Origin: Paragordius varius
Taxonomy: Eukaryota; Animalia; Nematomorpha
DNA length: 64,000 nt
Assembly (NCBI GenBank): GCA_964247055.1
Contig: OZ176055.1
Coordinates: 744,001-808,000 of the forward strand
Direction: 5' to 3'
This document shows positions 1 to 12,000 of the stretch, one piece after another. The notes beneath the pieces were generated by a model. It was not told the DNA's origin. It was given only the letters and a program-made list of their open reading frames with translations, and did no database searches. The position numbers and the translations under genes were made by a program. Within the stretch, counting starts at the first letter, position 1; each line of letters opens with the position of its first letter.

Positions 1-21
1 AATGGTATATTAATAGTTTTG

Positions 22-3000
22 TCAAATTTTTTTAAAAATGAATTTTTTATTAAGATTTATTCTTTTAGTTGATAAATATATAGAAATCAAACGCCAAACT
101 GAAATAATTGTAAATCCATTATTGTATGACTAATAGATGATTAGAAAAGATAGAAGATGTGTGTTAAAAAATCTAAGCTTAAAAAATGAAATTTTACGAA
201 TTATATGTTGGAATTAAAAAAAATATTTTTTTGAAAAAGACAAAAACCATATTTCCATTTAATAAAGTCTAGTTTTAATAAAATTATTGTTTTCGATTTT
301 TGAAAGGGTGATAGAGATGTAAATGTTAAAAAATCAAAGTTTTGCAAAGTATGGTTGCCTTAAAAAAATAATTATCCTTAACTTTTTTCCGTTGGATTAA
401 ATAATTTTATTCTATAATTATACATATTGAAAGTATTAGAAGATTTAAAATTGAACATTATAAACATAATAAATACCCTGCGGCCTTGTGGAATTATAAT
501 ATCTGTCAAATTTTTTTTAACAACGTTGATGATTGAAAGTATCATATAGCCATCTAAAGGCTCAGTCAATCCGAACGAATACTAAATGCAGAAGGATAAT
601 ATTTAGGTAGAAGGTAAAAAAATTTATAAGGGTGCCTAACACGCGAACCGCATACCGCGCTGCAATATATTATCCGTGGCCCGCATTAAATTTTGAAATT
701 TATAATTTGGAAATATGCTCAAAATATCTCATTGTAATTATCATTTCTTAAACAAAGTTTCTGAAATCTATATAATTGACAAGTAACTAGAAAAAAATTG
801 TTATATTATGCGTCCATTTTACAGTCTTATGTTTGAAATCTAATAAAATCATATATTAATGGCCATTTTTTTGATCGAGGCCCGTCGGATTGTTTGAGTT
901 GAAACTGCGGCCCGCGAAGCCATTTATGTTGGATACCCTTAACTTACAGTGAATATCAAAAATTATTAGGAGAATACATGAAAAAAAAGATCCTATTTTT
1001 TTAAAATACCATGGATTTTTAATGTTTCGTTTTGGGTTTTACAAATGCAGTAGCGAGAGCTATTATTAGCCATTACGTAATTTTAATTGGCTATATACAT
1101 AAAAGTTGTACGGACAAAACTTAAAAATATATAGATAAATATTTTTTTATGACATTCATACATTTTAAATCATGATATTACTTATAACTTACTGTTTGAA
1201 ATCGCAAAGTATGTTGGGGATAAATTATCGTTTTAAAAAGTACGTTGTCTTTTGAGAAAAAAATATTTGTCCTTATATTTTTACCTTTTGTCCGTATAAT
1301 TTGGAATTTTTACTGTAATTTAAATATCTGCTGGTATGTATTAGATTTACATTTTTTAAGTTGCATTTAAATTACTGTTAACATAATATTACGTTGCGAA
1401 AAACGTGTACTCTACCAACAGACATGTTACTTTAATCCCTTTTTAGTCAATTAATTTACCGAGATGGCCATTTTTCGTTCTGTATAATTAACTGATTCTA
1501 CAATTGTAAAATATAGAGGTTTTGGTATAATTAGACTAAAAAATAAAAAAAATTACAAAAAACATTAGTTACTTTTTTATGTTTTACGGTATGCATTTTA
1601 ATGGTTGCTTATTTGTTACTATAGTAGAACAGTTTTCAAGATATAGTCTATCGAAAAAAAGAAAGAAAAAGATTGTTTTTCAATATTTTGTTGTTTTTTT
1701 CCATACACTACTGTTTTCCAAATTCCCCAATTAAAATGCATACTGTGCCTTACTAATTTTAGTTTTTACTGTGAAGTACACCCCCCCCCCCAACATAATA
1801 TATAAATAATCATCATAGTAAATACGTTTGCTAAAATTTTGAATGCAATCGGATTCTCATGTATTCCTTCAATGTCCTTTCGCTTAAAAAATGACGCATC
1901 CATGCCGGTCCGATTTTTTTGCTCAATAATAGCTTTGACATCACTCACATAAATAATATGTGCTCCAAAAATTTGGGACATATATAAGGGCACATTCCTG
2001 AACAAAAAAATGTGGATATTAAATTATTTATATTTATTGGTAAAATAATTTTATATTTTCGCTTAAAGAGTTTAAATTACAGTTGATGGTTTTTAGAATA
2101 CAGTAATTAACTTTAAACAGTTGGTAAATAAGGAGGCCGTTTCACAGTAAAAATTGATATTATAAAGACAAAAGGTAAAAACTAATGACATATATTTTTT
2201 TCTCCCCAAATGATCCTTGATTTTTTTCTACATAAACCAAATGATAACAATTATAAAAATACATAATTTAGAGTGTACTACTTTCAATAGTAGTTTGTCT
2301 ATTCAAAAAAAGTATTTGTCTTTCAATTTTACCTTTTCAAAATTACATTTCTTTTACTGATACAGTAAAAATTATTAAGGCTCCTTTTTAATTTTTTATT
2401 AAAACTTTATTATTTTACTAAAATTATTCATTACACAAAACTCAAATCTTTTGATTGCATCTGTAAACTGTTTAAGAAAAAAATTATACCGAATAAATTC
2501 CAATTTAGAGTCAGTGTTGATGATAATATTAGAGTAGCCTTGTTGAGCCCACATACAAAAATCCGAACTGGGATGCAAATATACAGCTAGAAATATACAG
2601 GTAAAATTGAAATTTTACAGCGAAAACGTGAAAATATAAAGACAAATTTTTTTTCGAAATACAAACCCATACTTTTTAAAATCTTAATTTTCCCTATATA
2701 AACTAATCAATGAAAATTGTAAAATATATACAGTATGCATTTTATTGTTTGTTAATTTTATTGCCAGTCAAATAACATAAATGGTTTATCAAATGCCTAA
2801 AATACTGCTCCACAAAATTATTTCGTACTGCACATATGAAAGAGGATTAACGTGAGAATTAACATAGAAGTTGATGGATATTTAGTAATGTTAAATTTTT
2901 AGAATATTTATGTTAATATTAAAAATATTGTCATTACTTATTTAGATTCGGAATTTTGTGGGTTTTTTCCTTAGTAAATTAATAAATTGTAAAATAGTAT

Positions 3001-6000
3001 AATAAAATTATTTATGTTAATTATTCCTAATTAATTTAATAATTAATAATTTTTAACATGATAAATACCTGTATTAATAAGGTGACCAGATTTTTTGAAG
3101 GAAAAAGCGGGACAAATCTGAGAAGGGGGGAGGGTCATTGGGGGGTACAACCAAAAATTTTTATACAAAAAATTTATTGTAATATTTATTTATTTTTAAC
3201 ACAAATACATTATAAATATAAAAAAAATTTGTACCTTACAGGTTGTTTGTACCTTATTCAATAAATTTACATCGCACGAACAAAGGGTGAAGTGATTGTA
3301 ATATTCTAGAAAAAAATAATAAAGACGAAATCATCACAAAGTGCGATGGGTGATGCAAGAAGCGGCACAAAAAATATTTTTAACAATTTAGCGAATAATC
3401 TTAATCAAAACATTATTGGCAGATACACAACGCTATTCAAACAGCTACTGATTTGTTACCCCTGGATGTGGAAAATATAGATTTTAAAATGCTTGGATAT
3501 TGTAGAACTGTTGGTTAGCTCTTTTGCCAGCGATTGAAATATTTATAAAAATGTGATCTCCTAGAATCCTATTTTTTATCACAGGACAAAGGTTAAAATT
3601 CCAAGTCAAAAAAGGTTAGAAAATAATTTTATACCATTACCTAATCGCAATATTATAAAGCATCCAGGAAAACAAGGCTCAATGAATAGCCAGAATATAA
3701 AAATGTTTATACAAACAGAAACGATTATTTGGAAGACACGGTGCACAATGACACTATTTTATGAAGTCTCAATTAAATAAATATATTGAATGAGAACTTA
3801 TATTATGGACAACAGGAAAAAATACGTAGGATAGAAATGGTTATAATCATTTTTAAAAAAATTATGTTCCATATAATAATATTTTAATTGTAGAATTCGC
3901 ATTATCTTTACCTGAACCACTGCTATTGAACGCGTTTTTCCACAGTAAATTAAGTAAGGACACGGAATCAAATTTAAATGTTGAATAAAAGCCATTTTAT
4001 GTGTTCAAATATAATTTGACAAATTATGAAGACTTATACAATATTTTAAGTAATTTTGTTTATTTTTTAACGCAAAAACTTTAAAGAAATTATTTTATTC
4101 TTTGGTATATTTTTTGTTTGAGTGAATGCGTTTTAGCAGATTGTCATCATTTTTCAAAATATTGTAGAAGTCTTCACAAGAATTTGTCAAATTATATTTG
4201 TCAGATAAAACGGCCTTTAAAGTTTCAACATTTAAATTTGATTTTTCCATGTCCACACCGGATTTACTGTGGAAAAAACGTGCTCAGCAGCAGCGTTGGT
4301 TCTAGGTAAAGATAGTGCGGATTCCACAATTTTTAAAATATTATTGTATGTAATATAGTGGGCTTCAAAATGATGAAATTTTTCCAACCATTTCTTTTCT
4401 ACTGTATATTTTTATTTTGTCCATAATTTAAGTTTTTCATATTAATATATCTTTTAACTAATGATTCTTCAGAAAAAAGATCATTTTCTGAAAGATTACT
4501 TTTTGAGAATTTTTGGGAACAGATATAATCAAATGATTTTTAAACATCGCACCAATTAAATTCTGATTATAATGTTATCCAATGAAATGATTAATTTCAT
4601 TGAATTGTGTCGTCCAGTCTTCCAAATAATCTTTACAGTTTGTATAAAACATTTTAATATGGTACAGGATATCTTGGCGATTTATTAAGCCTTGTTTTTC
4701 TAAATTATTTATTATATTGCGGATGATTAATGGTAGAAAATTATTTTCTAACCGTTCTTGACATTGGAATTTTAGGTTACTAATTACATTGGCTACTTCG
4801 ATTGCCGAAATTTTGTCTTCTATAAATTTAATAACATTTTGAAAGGAGAAGCTTGATTATATAAGAATTCTAACCATATTTTTGAAGAATCACTTTCAAA
4901 AATTTTTAAAGTTGTAGGACATTTGTCCTGTGATAAAAAAATGATTTTAAAGGACATACATTTTTAAAATTCTTTCGTTAGCTGGCAGAAGAGCTAACCA
5001 ACGAGTTTTACAAAATCCAAACATTTTGTAATATTGAACTTCTGCATTTCACATAATTCCTTAAGAGCAACGCGTACCGTGTATATATAAAAATAGGGAT
5101 ATATTTTAACAATTACATTTTTTACATCTAGGGGTAACAAATCAGCAGCCGTTTGAATAGCGTTGTGTATTATATGCGCTGCACACCCGACGCCAATAAT
5201 GTTTTGATTAAGATATGTTAATTTATGAAAAATATTTTTTGTTCCCCTCCTTGCTTTTCCACCAGAGTTCGTATTGATGTTGTCAGCGCAATATGCGATA
5301 ATTTTGCTATATCCAAATATTTCTTTATGTTTCTGTGTTTACATATGCTTTGTAATATCATGCTTGCCGCCATGTTCTAGGGTGAATTCCCCCTCGCATA
5401 AAAAACATTTAACAAATGATTTATTCTTCGTTTTGATAAAAGGAAATTCTTTCATTAATTTATCGTTGAATTTACAACCTCTTTTTATGCTGATATTTTA
5501 AACTACTATTAGTATAATAAATATTATATTACCTTAATTTTCTGGAATAAACGTGTAAGGTACCGATTTGTGATATTAATTTGTCCTTTAAGCTACCGAT
5601 TTGTGGTTTTAATTTGTCTTTTAATCTAGAGATTTGTGGTATTAACTTGGCTTTTTGATAATGATGACAGTAGTAATAGGAAGCAAAGTGTATAATCATA
5701 TGATATAAATTCGAAAAAAAATAAATATTTTTAATTTAAAAATAAAAAATTTTAATTTAAAATTGAATAATTTAAAATATATTTTATGATAAAAAATTTA
5801 AACGGATTAAAAAAATTTATTTGTATTAAAAAAAATTTTTTTAGATAATCATGAAAAAGCGGGACATTTTAAAAACGAGCGGGACGCGGGACAAAAAGTG
5901 AAAAAGCGGGACTGTCCCGCCAAAAGCGGGACGTCTGGTCACCTTATGTATTAATCAAAATTGGTATAATTATTTTTTATTGTTGTTATTACTAATAAAA

Positions 6001-9000
6001 ACACAGGTAGATATGTATCGGTTTGAATTTAAGTAGATTTTAGATTGTTTTTATATTTTAGTTGCATTGTTAAAATATATTTTTTAAATATTTTGACATA
6101 TTAATTATATATAAATATATTTGGGTTTAACACTTGGATACAAAACATCCATTTTAGTCCTTCGATTCGAATTGGGGTAGTTGGATACCCCAGAAAATTA
6201 AATAATTCAAAAAATAGGGAATGAATTGAAACCATGGCAAAATTTGCACATGAACTGAAATATATAAATTTCATTTTAAAAATATTATTACTTATTTTTA
6301 GAAGCCTCAGGGTAAAAAATAGTCAATATGACATGTGTGCATACTAAAAAAATATAACAAAACCACATGTTAGATGTATAAATAATTAGCTTTCATTTTA
6401 GCTTGAAAAATCAAATAAACACGATATTTTGCAAAAATGTTGTTAAATAAAAATGGCGTCGAAGTGTTTGATATGCTTTCAAAACCAAATTTTATTTAGA
6501 TATTTCGACTTATTTATATAATTTTTATTAAAATAGAAGCATAAATTTATGTGACAGTTTCGTGCAGTAGTTTTATTAAAAATTTCAATTTAATATAGCC
6601 TGGGGTATTTAGATACGCCAATTCGAATCGAAGTATTACGAAAATTTATGTAGATTTTAAATTCTTTTGTTTTTTATGTTGTACATTTTTAATTATTAAT
6701 AATTTTTTAGTATTTAAGACATTTTAAGAAATAGGGTTAAGAATTTCCGTTTTAATAAATTTAGTCATATTTCAATTTTTGGTTTTTTTATTTAACATTG
6801 TTAATTGTGATTAATTACTACATATTTTGGACATTTTACTATATACAGGTAAAAATTGCGGTTTTTAATAATATTTAACAAAATTTTAATTTAGGTATTT
6901 TTTTAACACTGATAATTGTAATTAACTACATATTTTGGACATTTTAATAAATACAGGTAAAAATTGCGGTTCTTATATCATTTTTTATTTTTTCGTTCAA
7001 CCTTGATAATAATTATTAATTACTATATATTTTTAATACATTGATATATACAGGTAAAAATTATTATAGTCAGCGGCATTTAAAATTATTAGGAAAATAA
7101 TTTTTTTTGTTTTGATAACTATAAATATTTAATATGGTAGCATATCTATGCACACAGGTAAAAATGCATGTTGTGGTTTTATGTTTGACATTTTATAATC
7201 CAACTATGTATATTTTAACAACCGCCTTATATCACCAATCTAAAAATTTAGAGATTGCAAAAATTTATCAAAATTTGCGTTTATTACAAATGTATAATTA
7301 AAAAATATATATGAGGAATTACATATTGATATGAGAACAGGTAAATTTGATAATTCTAATATTAATATACGATGTGGTGTGCATTCATGGTGCATAACTT
7401 AGAATAAGGAATTATCATAGAATGCCAAAAAATTACTAGGAAAAAAGATCCTAAAATTTACAATCATTTTCTGGGAAGATCAGCTAAAATATAAATAGAT
7501 AGCGTATTTGATAAAAATTTAATAATATATATAAGACTTAAAAGTTTTTTGATTATAATTTTGGGGGCTAAAACATCCAAAGTTTGAAAGGCCATTAAAT
7601 AGATTAATCTCCACTTTTATCATTTGTACTAAAGTTGCAATAAATATTTTCTTTATGAATAAAAAAAATTTAAAAATGATATTTTAAATGTGTTTCTGCG
7701 TTTTCCTTCTAACCGAATTTTTAAAAAATTCGAGGGAAGCTATATGCATTCACCAATGCGAAACAATTTTTTTTCAAGAGCTTTGAATACAACAACATTT
7801 TAAAAACTAATAAGCCTTTGGTGAAGGGAATACTTTTTCTTATGTTTTAGATTAGGCTGGTAGAACGAAAATGCAGATAATATCATTTTTAAATTTTTTT
7901 ATAAAGAAAATTTTTTTGCAACTTTAGTAGAAATGTTAAAAATGCATGTTAATCTAATTTAGTGTCCTTTCAATCTTTGGATGTTTTAGCCCTAATATAT
8001 TGATTAAAAAACTTTTATAATCCAGGTATAACTTTTTAATATTTTAATTAAATACGTTTCTGTCTATTTATATTTTAGCTGCCCAGAAAATGATGGTGAT
8101 TGTAATTTTTAGGACTATCTTGATTTCCTAGTGTTTGATATCTTGTGATAATTCTTAATTCTAAGTTATGATCACCATGACGCACACTGCATCCTATATT
8201 AATATTAGATTTATCAAATTTACCTGCTATAATATTAATATGTTAATTTCACTTATAAGAGAGCATCCAAAATAGAATTTTATACATGAAAAATTATAAA
8301 TATTTTTGTGTAATTTTACATTTATAATATACGCAAATTCAAATAAATATATTTTGATCTTATTTTGCATCTTTAAATTTTATATTGGTGTCATAAGGCA
8401 TAAAATATACATAGTAGGATATTGATAAATAAAATGACAAACATAAAACTACAATATGTTTATATCTGTATGCATAGATATGCTAACTCTATTTAATTTA
8501 TAATTATCAATGTAAAACAAAAAAAATAATTTTACTAAAATTTATAAAACCGCAATTTTCACTTGTATTTATTGAAATGTCCAAAATATGTAGTAGTAAT
8601 TACAATTAACAATGTTAAATAAAAATAACAAAAAAAATTAATAATTTTACAATGCAATTTTTACCTGGATTATTAAAATGTCCAAAATATGTAGTAAATA
8701 ATTACAATTTGTTAAATAAAAATAAAATTAAAAATTTTTTAATAAAAACCGAAATACCAGTATTTATTAAAATATCCAAGATATCTAGTAAGTAATTACA
8801 ATTAACAATATTAAATAAAACAAGAAAAATTTGACATTAATCAAAAATCGCAATACCTCAAATTATAAAATGTCCAAGTACTTAAAATTTATTAATAATC
8901 AACAATGTAACATATCAACATGAACTTTCTTAAACTCAATATTTTAATGTATATTTTAATACGTCAAAATATTTAAAAAATATAAAACAATCTAAAATCT

Positions 9001-12000
9001 ACTTAAAAAACCGATATATATTTTCCTGTGTATTTTTAATTAGGAATAACTAACATAAATATATGTAACCATAATATTTCAAATGTAACATAAACTATAA
9101 TACTCTCAAAATTTAACATTACAAAATATCCATCAAATTAAAGCCTATGTTAATTCTCAGGTTAATCCTCTTTCATATGTGTACTGCGAAATAATTTTGT
9201 GGAGTAGTATTTTACGCATTTGAGAAACATTTATGTTATTCAACTGGCAATAAAATTACTGAGCATACATTAAAATGCATACTGTAATTTCAATTTTTAT
9301 TATATTTTTAAAGCAATAAAATTTCAATTTTTATTGTCCATAAATAGATAATGAAGAGTGTTTTTTTTGAATGTTGATTGAATAATGCGTGGATCGCCCG
9401 CCATAAAATAATTTTTATATAAAAGGAAAAACTAATTTTTTAATTTCCAATTTTTTCACATCATCAAAAGATTAAAATAATAGGAAAAATATTTAACTAG
9501 GCATATTTATAAATTACCTTTATCCATGAAAGTAAGATTGTTTTGATCTAAATCAATATAAAAATATATTTATAAGATTATATTCTTTAAGTAATAAACA
9601 ACCCTTAAAACTCTGATAGATATTTGGAAATGTGTTTTAATCTCCTCCATGCAATTTAAAAAAAAATCAATTTCAAACCGTGGAATATAAATACAATGAG
9701 TGATTTTTTCTGTATTATTAAAAATGATAAATTTTAAGTACCTACTATTCATAAAATAAAATTTAAAATTTTGGCGCTCCTTCCACCCAGTGCATACCTT
9801 TCCCTCCTGGCTACGCCTCTGCATACAGTAGGGTATTAAAATAAGTTGGCCCAAATTAAATAAAACAATTATTGTTATAGTATAAAGAAATGTTTAATTT
9901 CAACAATTTTCTGTTTTGTAAAATACGCTCCTTAATTCCAATTTGGTTTCAAAGGTTAAATAAGCATGGTTGTAATGTTTTTTACTGTGTGAAAAAAATT
10001 AAAAATTTCTAGCTAATTTTTATGATAAAAATAATTAAAAAACAAAACTGCCAGTTAAAAACTTTTTTGGGGTTTTATCAGTATAAACTAGTGATACTGA
10101 AACTCGGCCCTAAAGTGTTTTTTATGGCCCTGAAATGTTTATCAAATTTTTTGATATATTTACAGTAAAAAGTGAAATTATACGGACAAAACGTAAAAAT
10201 ATAAAGACAAATATTTTTATCTAAAAGACAACCTTAGTTACAATTGTAAATATATTGATAATGTTAGTAATATATATATCTCTTCAGACTTTGATATTTA
10301 TTACAATGAGTTTTATTGAAATAAATCAAGATTTAAAAAGTATGGTTGTCTTTTAGAAAAAAATTGTCTCTTTATTTTTACATTTGTCTGTATAATTTCA
10401 GTTTTTACTGTACTTTGTATATAAATATGTGCAAATGTAGGTATGATGGAATTTTTATGTGTAATATATGGTATAAGGCCCTTGACTACCGCAAGATATA
10501 TATATATATATTGCAGCCCTTAATTTTTTAGCCAGTGCCAATGGTACAAACGCTTAAATTTTCTATGTGATTCTCTCTATGCTAGAGTCTTTTTTCTACC
10601 CATATATACACTAAATTTTAACCTAATATCTTTATATATATATATATATATATACCATTTACAATTCAAATTCACCCTCAAATAAATTATACAGTCAAAA
10701 TCGAAATTATAAGGAAAAATGTAAAAATAAAAAATTTTTTGAAAAGACAACCATACTTTTTTTATCCTTATTTAAAGAATACTGAAAAAATAATAAACTA
10801 TGCCATAAAGATATATTTCGTATTAACAATGAGTTATATTAGTTCGAAAACACATAATTTCTTTTTAGGGTAAAATTGAATTGTTCAAGGGTGAATTTGA
10901 ACTGTAAATGGTATATATTACCGTTTTTACATTCGTTCATAAGGACTTGTAGGCTTTTAAGTGTTAAATCATCGTTTGCTGTGCTTAGGTGTCTAGGTAA
11001 CATCTCCTCATAAACAGCATACATTAGACTTAATTCATGAGTGTGGTAGCGAAGAGATGGAGGGTACTTCCACACATAATATGAATGATTACCATTATCA
11101 TAAGTTTCATAAATGCAAATTTTGGATCCACTTTCAACAAACCTTAACTAGAAGTGTAAATTTACAATATAAAAAATCGTTCATTCCTAAAATTAACCTA
11201 TACTAAATTTAGTAACTAATTATTTTTGAATACCAATTAAGGCGAATGGCCACAGGATTTTGGGATAAAAGGTAAATTTGGTTTTAAGGAAATAATACAC
11301 GATAAAAAACGATAAACAAATAGTAAAATTATGATAAAATTCATTATGGATATAGGCGGCATATCTAAACTAATTTCAATGTAAAATAGTTTATTTTTTT
11401 CAAATCTTTGTCGAAATTTGACCAAGACGTAGACACTATTCCAAATTTATTGGAGAGTTCAAAAAAATTTTTAAAAATAAAAATAATTAACCATAGTATA
11501 ATTTGTTGAAAAGGTTTGATGTTGTGCAAAAAATTTTACATCAAAACAATTTCTGTAATTGGTTATGTTCGGACCACATATATATTTCAACTTGTCACCT
11601 TTGACGTGGTCTAGAAAGAGCTACCGAGTAAAAATTATATAATATTATATATATTTATTCATACAAAACGTAAAAATATGAAGACCCATATTTTTTGCAA
11701 AAGACAATAAAACATACCTTTTAAAACCTTAATTTTTTCTATATTAAATTATGATTGTAAAATATTGAATTGATTGTGTTACCACCAATTTCACATCTGT
11801 GTTTTAAACATGCATTTAAAATATTAAGTTATATCTAAAATAAATTATAGCGGTGTTTAGAAAAAAATATTTGTATTTATGTTTTTACGTTTTTTCTGTA
11901 TATTTTCAATTATTACTTATTAGATAAAATATATTTGGATTTTGAAATTATTTTTTGGTGTTCGCAGAAAAATTAATATCGAAAAAAAAGTTTAAAGCAA

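Larger units (their letters stand above)
3078..5946 (+). mobile_element. hAT DNA transposon (defective) with 8-bp TSD
   Basis: TIR taaggtgaccaga (3078) / tctggtcacctta (5946), flanked by a perfect 8-bp direct repeat TGTATTAA (3070-3077, 5947-5954). Subterminal gcgggac repeats at both ends; internal hAT transposase remnants. Confidence 0.92.
2731..9284. mobile_element. 6.55-kb foldback element with family C-type termini and TA flanks, containing nested insertions
   Basis: Starts TA|CAGTATGCATTTTA (2731) and ends TAAAATGCATACTG|TA (9284). The arms align as reverse complements: 2731-3050 with 9000-9284, 5955-6110 with 8930-9050, 6790-7200 with 8440-8900, and 7250-7690 with 7880-8400. The centre is near 7780. 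Confidence 0.85.

Noticed and set aside
9800-9822. Isolated hAT-like TIR (cctggctacgcctctg), and similar GC patches at about 28695 and 50700-50800
   Set aside because: No partner TIR or TSD could be established, so element boundaries are unsupported.
3058-10531. Short ORFs in the track at 3058, 3798, 4118, 5274, 9570 and 10346
   Set aside because: They fall in TE termini, on the antisense of transposase remnants, or in MITEs, and lack splice-compatible context.
11237-11425. ORF as a signal-peptide first exon (MNFIIILLF joined to LRFVES) of the minus-strand gene
   Set aside because: It needs a weak GTTTAT donor, while exon 12262-12076 offers a phase-matched stronger donor and links on to further exons. 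An alternative first exon cannot be fully excluded.
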